From Gemmatimonadota bacterium (GTDB taxonomy: Bacteria; Gemmatimonadota; Gemmatimonadetes; Gemmatimonadales; Gemmatimonadaceae), in assembly GCA_021413975.1 (NCBI GenBank), contig JAIOPJ010000020.1, positions 57,975-121,974 on the forward strand: a stretch of DNA of 64,000 nt, written 5' to 3'. Below the pieces are notes generated by a model that saw nothing but the letters and a program-made list of their open reading frames with translations, was not told the origin of the DNA and made no database searches. A program made the position numbers and the translations under genes. Positions 18,639 through 27,300 of this stretch are shown here, in pieces (within the stretch, counting starts at the first letter, position 1; every line of letters starts with the position of its first letter).

Positions 18639-18706
18639 GGGACTGACGGCAGGGCGGGGCGCGGCGGCTCGCAGGAGTGCACACCGCAAGGTAAACTTCA
18701 CCGATC

Positions 18707-19714
18707 ATGGCACCCAAGCGTCCAGTGAAGCGATCCAAGACCGGGTCGGCGAAGGCGGGCGGGGGATCCCCGTCCGAGCCGTCCACCAAGGCACCGCGCG
18801 CCGCGAGCGGCAACCGCGTCGACTCCGAACGGATGTCCGCGGCGGCGAACGAGTCCGTCGCCGCGCTCAAGGCGCGGATCGACGAGGGCCGTCGCGCGTC
18901 CGGCGCCTTCCCGGCGCTGCCGGATGAGGTGCTGCAGCGCGCCGCGACCGACGACTGGATCGGTGATTCGTCGTGGGCGCTCACCGAGGACGCCAAGCTC
19001 CTCCAGTACGGTGGCTCCAAGACCGACTTCCGCAGCACCGACCCCTGGCGCGTCATGCGCATCATGTCGGAGTTCATCGAGGGCTTCGACAAGCTCGCGC
19101 GGATCGAGAAGGGCGTCTCGATCTTCGGGTCGGCGCGCACGCACCCCGACGATCCGCAGTACCTGGCCGCGGTCGAGGTCGGCCGCCTGCTCGGCGAGAA
19201 GGGCTTCTCGATCATCACCGGCGCGGGGCCGGGGATCATGGAGGCCGCCAACAAGGGGGCGCGCCTCGCCGGCGCGCCCTCGATCGGCTGCAACATCGAG
19301 CTGCCGTTCGAGCAGGGCACCAATCCCTACGTCGACACGCAGGTCGCGTTCCGCTACTTCGCGGTGCGCAAGACGATGTTCATCAAGTACTCGAGCGCGT
19401 TCATCATCTTCCCCGGCGGCTTCGGCACGTTCGACGAGCTCTTCGAGGCGCTGACGCTCATCCAGACCGGCAAGATCTCACAGTTCCCCGTGGTGCTCTT
19501 CGGCACGCACTACTGGGCCGGGCTCGTGCGCTGGCTCAACAGCAAGGTGCTGGCCGAGCGGAAGATCTCCCCCGGGGACATGGACCTGATGGTGGTGACG
19601 GACGATCCCGCCGAGGCGGCGCGGGTGGTCTCGGATGCCTACGAGCTGCAGCTCAGGACGGCCCGGGCGCGGGCGGACGCCGGTGGCGTGTCGCCTGCTC
19701 GAAGCCATACGTGA
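18707..19714 (+). CDS. LOG-family (TIGR00730-type) Rossmann-fold nucleotide-binding protein with ~100-aa N-terminal extension
   Basis: Track ORF of 335 aa. LOG motifs are GAGPGIMEAANKGA and PGGFGTFDELFE. The N-terminus is basic and low-complexity. The 3' end overlaps the convergent amidase by 62 nt. Confidence 0.8.
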   Translation: MAPKRPVKRSKTGSAKAGGGSPSEPSTKAPRAASGNRVDSERMSAAANESVAALKARIDEGRRASGAFPALPDEVLQRAATDDWIGDSSWALTEDAKLLQYGGSKTDFRSTDPWRVMRIMSEFIEGFDKLARIEKGVSIFGSARTHPDDPQYLAAVEVGRLLGEKGFSIITGAGPGIMEAANKGARLAGAPSIGCNIELPFEQGTNPYVDTQVAFRYFAVRKTMFIKYSSAFIIFPGGFGTFDELFEALTLIQTGKISQFPVVLFGTHYWAGLVRWLNSKVLAERKISPGDMDLMVVTDDPAEAARVVSDAYELQLRTARARADAGGVSPARSHT

Positions 19715-21227
19715 GCGTGATCAGCTTCCCCTCGCTCCAGGCGCGTCCGTAGAACGTGATCCCCGCCGGCAGCGTGTTGCCGCGGGTGTAGCCCATCGGT
19801 ACGGAGATGGCGGGGAAGCCCGTGAGCGGCGAGAAGAGCTGGCTGTTGTCGCCGTGCGGCGTGTTGAGGTCGCCGATCAGTCGCGGGACGTTGCTCCAGG
19901 TGGGGTAGACCAGCGCGTCGAGCTGGAGCGAATCCATGAGCGCGGTCACGGCCGCCGCCAACCGGTCGCGCATCGTGGCGCGCACCCGACAACCCGGGAT
20001 CGAGTCCGGCGGCAGCACCACCGCCTGCGCCGCCTGCAACCTCACCTGCGCCAGCGGATGGTACGACCCGCTCCGCAGGATCGCCTCCACCGTGCGCACC
20101 GGAGCCCCCTCGCCGCGCTTGGCGAAATAGCCCTCGAGGTCGGCGCGGAAGCGGTTGCAGCCGCCGCGGCCGAGCGCCATGATCGAGTCGAGATCGGCGA
20201 CGCGCGCCGAGTCGACGATCGTCGCACCCGCCCTCCGCATCGCGTCGAGCGCCTTGCCGAAGACGGCCACCACATCGGGGTCGATCGTCGGACGGTCATA
20301 GGCCTGCCGCAGCACGCCGATGCGCGCACCGCGGAGCCCACCCGGGACGACGAAACTCCGGTAGTCCGGCTCGCGCCGCCCTCGGCTCGCCGTGGTCACC
20401 GCATCATCGGCGTCCTCCCCCGCGACGACCTGGAACACCTCCACCGCGTCCGCGACGGTGCGCGCCATCGGCCCCGCGATGTCCGCCTCGTTGTTGAGCG
20501 GCACCACGCCGGCGCGCGAGGTGAGGCCCATGGTGGAGCGGATCCCCACGAGCGCGTTGTGCGCCGAGGGACCGCGGATCGAGTTGCCGGTGTCGGAACC
20601 GAGCCCGACCGCGCCCTCACTGGCCGCGACGGCCGCCGCCGTACCGCCGCTCGACCCCGCCGTCACGCGCGAGCGGTCGTACGGATTGCGCGTGTAGCCG
20701 GGCAGGATCGAGCTCACCGTCTCATACGGCGAGAAGGCCCATTCGGCGAGGTTCGACTTGGCGAGCACGATCGCGCCCGCCGCGCGGATGCGCGCGACCA
20801 TCGTCGCGTCGCGCTGCGGGATCCAGCCCTTGAGCGCGAGCGAGCCCGCGGTCGTCTGCAGGTCGTGCGTCTCGAAGTTGTCCTTCACGATCATCGGCAC
20901 GCAGTGCAGTGCGCCGAGCGGACCACCGCGCGCCTGCACGGCGTCGAGCGAGTCGGCGGTGGCGAGGGCGACCGGGTTGATCGTGACCAGTGCGTTGATC
21001 GCCGGACCGCGCTTGTCGATCGCGTCGATCCGGTCGAGATAGCGCTGCACGAGCGCCCGGCAGGTGATCGTTCGTGCGCGCAACGCCGCGCGGATCGCGG
21101 CGACGGTCGTCTCCTCGAGCCTGAATCCCGGCCGAGCAGCCTGCGCCGGGAGCGGGTGGTGGAACGGCGCGAGGAGCAGGGCGGCGGCCGCGAGGGCGGC
21201 GATGATCGGGCGAGGACGGTTCGGCAT
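19653..21227 (-). CDS. Secreted amidase (amidase-signature family)
   Basis: Track ORF of 524 aa with the signal peptide IIAALAAAALLLAP...AQA. The AS motif is TAGSSGGTAAAVAASEGAVGLGSDTGNSIRGPSA. Confidence 0.9.
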   Translation of the reverse strand: MPNRPRPIIAALAAAALLLAPFHHPLPAQAARPGFRLEETTVAAIRAALRARTITCRALVQRYLDRIDAIDKRGPAINALVTINPVALATADSLDAVQARGGPLGALHCVPMIVKDNFETHDLQTTAGSLALKGWIPQRDATMVARIRAAGAIVLAKSNLAEWAFSPYETVSSILPGYTRNPYDRSRVTAGSSGGTAAAVAASEGAVGLGSDTGNSIRGPSAHNALVGIRSTMGLTSRAGVVPLNNEADIAGPMARTVADAVEVFQVVAGEDADDAVTTASRGRREPDYRSFVVPGGLRGARIGVLRQAYDRPTIDPDVVAVFGKALDAMRRAGATIVDSARVADLDSIMALGRGGCNRFRADLEGYFAKRGEGAPVRTVEAILRSGSYHPLAQVRLQAAQAVVLPPDSIPGCRVRATMRDRLAAAVTALMDSLQLDALVYPTWSNVPRLIGDLNTPHGDNSQLFSPLTGFPAISVPMGYTRGNTLPAGITFYGRAWSEGKLITLTYGFEQATRHRRPPAPGPS

Positions 21228-21300
21228 GGGGGAATCGTAGCGCTATCTTTCCCCGGGCACGACCCACCAACTGGCCCGTGATCGGGCGGAGAACGACGAG

Positions 21301-22554
21301 ATGGCGGCGAAGAAGGGACCAGCACGCGAGCGCGGCGGCTTCAAGGCCTCCCGGCACGGCGGCGCGACGACGGAAGCCAAGCGCGCGAGCGCCTCGGGCA
21401 ACAAGGCCGAGCAGAAGCGGGCCGCCGAGCAGCGCGAGTCCAGGAGCCACAAGGTCGGCACCAAGGCCGTGAGCAGCTTCCTGCGCGGCAAGAAGATCGA
21501 CCCGCGCAAGCTCGACGGCACCGAGACCGTCGTGCAGCTCGTCGACGGCGCCTTCCAGAGCTACAACTCCGGCCGCCTGCGCGAAGGGTGCCAGCTCTTC
21601 ACCGAGCTCATGCTCGGCAAGGACGTCACCGTCGGCATGACGCTCACCGGCGCTCTCACGCCGGCCGGGCTGGGGATGAGCACGATCATCCCGCTGATGG
21701 AGGCGGGCTTCGTCGACTGGATCATCTCCACCGGCGCCAATCTCTACCACGACACGCACTTCGGGCTCGGACTCTCGATGCATCGCGGCAACCCCACCGC
21801 GAGCGACACCGTGCTCCGTGAGGAGGGCGTGGTCCGCATCTACGACGTGTTCTTCGACTACGACGTGCTCCTCAGCACCGACGCGTTCTTCCGGAAGATC
21901 ATCCGCGCGCCCGAGTTCCAGCGCAGCATGTCGAGCGCCGAGTTCCACCATCTGTGCGGCAAGTACCTGGTGGAGCGGGAGAAGGCGCTGGGCATCCCGC
22001 AGAAGTCACTGCTGGCGGCGGCGTATCGCTGCGGCGTGCCGATCTACACGTCGTCCCCGGGCGATTCGAGCATCGGGATGAACGTCGCCGCGCTCGCGCT
22101 CGAGGGCGGGACCTGCCTGATCGATCCCAACCAGGACGTGAACGAGACCGCGAGCATCGTGCTGCATGCCAAGCGGAACGGTGGCGAGAGCGCCATCCTC
22201 ATCGCCGGCGGCGGGTCGCCGAAGAACTTCGCGCTCCAGACCGAACCGCAGATCCAGGAAGTGCTCGGCATCGACGAGAAGGGGCACGACTACTTCCTGC
22301 AGATCACCGACGCGCGGCCGGACACGGGCGGGCTCTCGGGTGCGACGCCGGCCGAGGCGGTGAGTTGGGGGAAGATCGATCCCGACAAGCTGCCCGATGC
22401 GGTGGTGTGCTACCTGGATTCGACGATCGCGCTGCCGATCCTCACCTCGTATGCCTTGGCCAAGCGGAAGCCGCGGAAGCTGAAGCGGCTGTATGACAAG
22501 CGGGCGGCGATGATGAAGACGCTGCGAAACGAGTTCGCCAAGGCCAATTCCTAG
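21301..22554 (+). CDS. Deoxyhypusine synthase-like protein (possible homospermidine synthase) with basic N-terminal extension
   Basis: Track ORF of 417 aa. DHS-type blocks are [36 protein letters not shown] and [23 protein letters not shown]. The first ~65 aa are Lys/Arg/Ala-rich but have coding-like GC3. Confidence 0.85.
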   Translation: MAAKKGPARERGGFKASRHGGATTEAKRASASGNKAEQKRAAEQRESRSHKVGTKAVSSFLRGKKIDPRKLDGTETVVQLVDGAFQSYNSGRLREGCQLFTELMLGKDVTVGMTLTGALTPAGLGMSTIIPLMEAGFVDWIISTGANLYHDTHFGLGLSMHRGNPTASDTVLREEGVVRIYDVFFDYDVLLSTDAFFRKIIRAPEFQRSMSSAEFHHLCGKYLVEREKALGIPQKSLLAAAYRCGVPIYTSSPGDSSIGMNVAALALEGGTCLIDPNQDVNETASIVLHAKRNGGESAILIAGGGSPKNFALQTEPQIQEVLGIDEKGHDYFLQITDARPDTGGLSGATPAEAVSWGKIDPDKLPDAVVCYLDSTIALPILTSYALAKRKPRKLKRLYDKRAAMMKTLRNEFAKANS

Positions 22555-22558
22555 GCGC

Positions 22559-22584
22559 AAGGATGAAGGTGGGAGGATGAAGGA
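22559..22584 (+). repeat. TGAAGGN heptad array (two GGATGAAGG copies, 14-nt period), element a
   Basis: The sequence is aaGGATGAAGGtgggaGGATGAAGGag, immediately 5' of the hairpin at 22585-22611. It contains the mini-frame ATG AAG GTG GGA GGA TGA. Confidence 0.6.
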
Positions 22585-22611
22585 GGGGCGCCGGCCTCTG
22601 GCCGGCGCCCC
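22585..22611. terminator. GC-rich hairpin between convergent DHS-like and methyltransferase genes
   Basis: GGGGCGCCGGC (22585-22595) pairs with GCCGGCGCCCC (22601-22611) as perfect complements, with loop CTCTG. Confidence 0.65.
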
Positions 22612-22629
22612 CTCTCACGTCCCACGGAC

Positions 22630-23187
22630 TCAGCGCGCCGCGGCGCGCGCCATCCCCGGCGTGCATTCGTAGACGAACGCGGGCGGGATGTTCACCAGGG
22701 TGAACCCCACGCGCACGTCGCGGAAACGACGCTCGAGGTTGGAGCGCTGCGAGAGCGAGTACTGGTACTGCAGGAACATCCCGCTGTCCGCGAGGAGGTC
22801 GTCACTCGCCACGAGGATGCGCTCGACCAGCTCGTCGTCCATGATCGCCAGCGGCAGGCTCGAGACGATGTAGTCGAGTTCGCCCAGCCCGAGGTCGCGC
22901 GCGATCGCGGGGAGGTCGCCGGCGCACCCCTGCACGAGCGAGAGGCGCGGATCGGTGAGGTCGCGGTTCTCCTCGATGAACGCCGTGTTGAGCTCGAGCG
23001 AGATCAACCGCGCGTCCGGGCGCATCCGGCGGAGCAGCGCCTTGGTGATGCACCCCGTGCCGACGCCGAGCTGGACCACCGTCGTCGCGCGCGAGAAGTC
23101 GATCGCGCGCAGCAGCCGGGAGATCAGGAACGGCGAACTCCGCATGATCGTGCCCGATGTCTTGAGATGCTTGATGTGCAGGGCCAT
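22630..23187 (-). CDS. Class I SAM-dependent methyltransferase (COG3963 phospholipid N-methyltransferase-like)
   Basis: Track ORF 22630..23241. I moved the start to ATG 23187 (MALHIKHLKTSGTIMRSSPFLISRLL), 10 nt after the VTT gene stop. SAM motif I is VVQLGVGTGCITKALL. Confidence 0.75.
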   Translation of the reverse strand: MALHIKHLKTSGTIMRSSPFLISRLLRAIDFSRATTVVQLGVGTGCITKALLRRMRPDARLISLELNTAFIEENRDLTDPRLSLVQGCAGDLPAIARDLGLGELDYIVSSLPLAIMDDELVERILVASDDLLADSGMFLQYQYSLSQRSNLERRFRDVRVGFTLVNIPPAFVYECTPGMARAAAR

Positions 23188-23197
23188 ATGCGCACGC

Positions 23198-23767
23198 TCA
23201 GGTCGGGAGGAGGCCGGACAGTTTGACACCCAGGAGGACATACGCCGTGACCAACGGCAACTCCCCGATGATGATACCCAGGATCATCCGGCGGTACGGC
23301 ATCCGGACCAGCCCGGCGGCGTAACAGATGAGGTCGGTCGGGACGACCGGGAAGAACGCCCAGGCCGCCACGAACCACATCGCCCCCGGCTTGGCGAGCT
23401 GCTCCCGGAGGTGGGCCAGCTTCTCCGGATAGCGTCCCGCCAAGACTGTATCGTACCCCGCAAACCCCGGAAAGCGATAGAGGAGGGTCGCAGATCCGAC
23501 GATTCCCAGCATCGAGATGACCAGCACGGCCGGGATCGCCTCGGGGAAGACCGCCCCTCCGGCCAGCACCACTGGGGTGCTCGGGATCAACAGGGCGCCT
23601 CGCACGAATGACACTATGACGAAGCCCGGGAAGGCCCACGGCCCCCACCCGGCGAGGATCTGCCGGAAGTGCTCCGACGTGAAGTCCTGCGGGTGGCCGA
23701 TGAACCAGCTGAGGACGCCGAGGACGAGGGCGACCCAGAGCCAGGTGAGGAAGCGACGGTAGCGCAA
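23198..23767 (-). CDS. VTT-domain (DedA/TVP38-TMEM64 family) membrane protein
   Basis: Track ORF of 189 aa with a TTG start. It has multiple TM segments and a typical VTT core (FVRGALLIPSTPVVLAGGAVF...PTDLICYAAGL). Confidence 0.75.
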   Translation of the reverse strand: MRYRRFLTWLWVALVLGVLSWFIGHPQDFTSEHFRQILAGWGPWAFPGFVIVSFVRGALLIPSTPVVLAGGAVFPEAIPAVLVISMLGIVGSATLLYRFPGFAGYDTVLAGRYPEKLAHLREQLAKPGAMWFVAAWAFFPVVPTDLICYAAGLVRMPYRRMILGIIIGELPLVTAYVLLGVKLSGLLPT

Positions 23768-23860
23768 TGAGTTGCGGTCAGGGGAGTGTCCTTCCTACGC
23801 GCTCCCAGCCTGTTCCGTGTCAGCCGACGACGCGAGATCCGGCGGGGCGGGTGCGGCAGC

Positions 23861-24337
23861 TCAGGGAACGCGAGCCGGCGCGGCGCGCGGCGCCGGCAGG
23901 ATCACCGCGAGTCCGCCGTTCCGGTCGCAGCGCGACTCGCTCGGTGTCCCGGAGAGCCAGGTGCCGTCGCGGCAGCGCATGGTCGCCCCTGCGGGCGGCG
24001 CGTCGTTGCGCGCGTTCGCTGCGGGCTGCGCTGCCGCGGCGCGCACGGACGGAGTCGTGGCCGGCGCTGCCGGCGCAGGCCGGACACCGGGCAATGTGAG
24101 CTTCACGCCACCGCGGGTGCCGCAGGCCGCCGGCTGGGCGGGGGGCACCACGAAGGTCAGGTCGTTGCACTGCGCGACCGCGTTCGCCGGCGGTGCCACG
24201 ACCTTCGGCGCCGGCGCAGGAGCCGTTGGCGGAGGGCTGGCCGCCGGGAGCGTCCGCGGCGGATCCTGGGCCGCGAGCGATGCGGCCACGGCAGCGAGCA
24301 GGAAGCACGAGGCCAACAACATCCGCAGCGAGGTCAT
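23861..24337 (-). CDS. Secreted Pro/Ala-rich protein with two DUF3761-like Cys-pair modules
   Basis: Track ORF of 158 aa with the signal MTSLRMLLASCFLLAAVAASLAAQ. The two modules are AQCNDLT...ACGTRGGV and MRCRDGTWLSGTPSESRCDRNGGLA, matching the DUF3761 pattern C-x-DG-T...C-x-x-GG. The ATG overlaps the stop of the giant upstream gene (ATGA). Confidence 0.7.
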   Translation of the reverse strand: MTSLRMLLASCFLLAAVAASLAAQDPPRTLPAASPPPTAPAPAPKVVAPPANAVAQCNDLTFVVPPAQPAACGTRGGVKLTLPGVRPAPAAPATTPSVRAAAAQPAANARNDAPPAGATMRCRDGTWLSGTPSESRCDRNGGLAVILPAPRAAPARVP

Positions 24338-27300
24338 GGGATCGAGACCGTCACGGTAGGTGCCACCTGGGTGGTGTAGTTCGCGTTCGTGAACGTCACC
24401 GTCGCCGTGCCGTTCGCGAGGCGCCGGAGGTAGAAGGTCACCGACTGCGCGTCCGCGGGGATCGTCACGCTCGTCACGGTCGCCCCGCCGAACCGGATGT
24501 CGAGCGCGCCGCCGCTCACGGCCACGTTGAACGTGGTCGCGACGCTCACGTTCCGCACGTTGCCGTCCATGTCACGCGCATAGAGCGTGACCGCGACCGA
24601 GTCGGTCGCACCGCCGATCGTGGCCGGCCAGCTCCCCAGCGCGTCCACGCGCCCCGTTCCCACGATCACCGGCCCGCGTGCGGAGACGTGCCCTGCGGCC
24701 GAGTAGGTGATGGTGTCCACACCGATCGCGGCCCCGGTGATCCGGTGATAGAGATAGTAGGTCCCGTTCGGGATCTGGATGCTCGCGGCGGACGTGCTCG
24801 CGCTCGTGGCATGCGTGAGCGCGATGTTGAGCGGGGTGACCTGGTTGTCGGTCGTCGCGATGTAGCCGTCCTCTCGCCACTGGCCGACCGCGAGCCGCAG
24901 CGGGCTCGTGCCCCAGCTGTTGCCGAGCGTCGGGAGCACCACCGCCACGGGCGCACTGGCGTCGGTGTAGCGATAGCTCTGTACACGCGGATCGCTCACG
25001 GTGATCGTCGTGGTGCCGGGTGCGACCGGGAGGAGGCGCGCGCTGTTGTTGTAGTACTGGCCCGCCGGGATCACCACCGAGGTGCTGTCGACGGTGGCGG
25101 CGCTCGGGAAGGACGAGGCGAAGGTGACCGTGACCGGTTCCCAGACGTAATGGGCCGCGCCACTGGCATCGGCGGCCTGGACCGTGATGCCCGGCGGCGA
25201 CTGCGTGGTGCGGACGTTGGCGCTGACGTTCAGCAGGAAGCGCGGCGTGGTCACTTGCTGCGTGACGTTCGCGCTCGCGTACCCGAGCGCTGTAGCCTGG
25301 ATCTGCACCGTGCCCACCACATCCTGCGCGCGGATGTCGACGTATGCATAGGTCTGACCCGCCGGGACGATCACGCTGTCCGGCACGGTCGCGACCGTTG
25401 GGTCGGTGGAGAGCAGCCGCACCACGAGCGGTGCGCCGATCGCGTTGGGGATGGTGACGTACGCCCCGGTCCCGGCGGAGTACTGGCGCATGCCGAGCAC
25501 GGGAGAGCTGTTCGCGAAGCCCAACGACGGGCCCGTGATCGTGACGCTGTTCGACGTCAGGCTGCCGAAGCCGGCCCCGAGCGAGTCGCTCCAGGTCAGG
25601 CTCGCGCTGCCCGGGCCGACGAAGCGCATGCGTGGCTGCACATAGTACGTGCCGCGCGGTAGGCGGAAGCCCACGCTGTCCGGTTGCAGGACGGCGTCAT
25701 TGCTGGAGCGCGCGCTGAAGAGGAGCGTGTCGAGCGAGTAGTGCGCGCCTCCCAGGCTGTCGGTGATGAAGATCGTGGTCGCCGCCGGCGGGGTCGTCGT
25801 CGTCGCGGTCCCCGGGATCGAGCCTCCCGTGATGCGACGGCTCGTCACGATCACGAACGCGGTGTCGGGGAAGTAGCCCGGGGCCGAGACGATCAGCGTG
25901 TCGATGCCGGTCTGCAGGCCGGCGAGGCCGAAGTACGTGTAGTACGTCCCCGATCCGATCGTGAAGTCGGTGCGGGAGAGCGAATCGGCGCCGGTGTTGG
26001 TCTGCGTCACGGTCACGTTCAGCGGTGCGGCGACGTTGTCGGGCACATAGACGTAGAAATCGGTCGTCGGCCGGTACTGCCGGCGTCCGATCCGATACGT
26101 GTTGAAGCTGAACTGCACCTTGGGCTGCACCACCGTGTAGAGGATCGAGTCGGGGCGGTATCCTGGCGTGGTGGCGCGCACCCACGCCGTGCCGGCGCCG
26201 ACGAACGAGACGCGGCCGGATTGCGAGTAGTACTCGCCCGGCAGGATCGTATCGGGCACGGTGACGCGCACGACGCTCGTGTCCGACGAGGAGTAGCTCA
26301 CGCGGATCGTGTCATTCGCGTAGTGCACCCCGTTCAGCGAGTCGGCGGAGTAGACCGTGAACGCCACCGGCGGCGAATAGTTGTTGTAGGTGCCGCCACC
26401 GGACACCTGCAGCTTGGGCGAGGTGACGGTGAAGAACACCGAGTCGCGCGTGTAGCCGGGCGCGGTCACGGTCAACTGCACCGTTCCCGGGGTCAGGCCG
26501 CGCAACGGGTAGTACGCGTAGTAAGTGCCCGCGGGGATGATCACCGAGTCGGGGACCGCGGCGACCGCCGGGTTGCTCGAGACCAGTCGCACGACGAGCG
26601 GTGCCGTGACGTTGTCCGGCGCGTAGACGTAGCCGTCCGGCCGATTCTGCCCCGCGCCCACGCGCACGGCGCCGAGCGCCACGCGGATGCGCGGACCGAC
26701 CACGGTGTACTGCACCGAGTCGGAGAAATGGCCGCTCGCGGTGACGCGGATCCAGGCCGTTCCCGGTGTCCCGCCTGGAACCACGCGTGGCGTGTTCGTG
26801 AAGTACTGGTCCGCCGGGATCACCACGGTCGGCGTGGTCACGCGCATGACGGTCGTGTCGCTCGACGAGATCGAGATCGCCAGGTCGCTGCTGCGCCAGC
26901 TCGCCTGGAACGTGGAGTCGGTCGAGTAGATCGTCAGCGACGTCGCGGGCGAGGTCGTGTTCAGCGTGCCGCCGCCGGAGACGATGCGCACGCGCGGCGT
27001 CGTGACGATGACGTTCTTCGTGTCGGGGGTCCACCCCGCGGCGGTGGCGGTGACGGTGCCACTGCCCACGGCCTTGGCGCGGACCGTGAAGTAGACGTAG
27101 TACGTCCCGCCGGGGAGCGTCGCGATCGCCGGCACCGTCGTGAACGACGTGGTGTCCGAACTCGTGAGCGTGACCGGGAACCCGTTGTTCACGTTCGAGG
27201 GCGTGGCCACGTACCAGTCGTTGCGGTACTGGCCCGCCCCGACGCGGATCAGCGGCTGATACAGCGTCAGCACCGCCGCCTGCGTGGTCACGCTCGTCGA

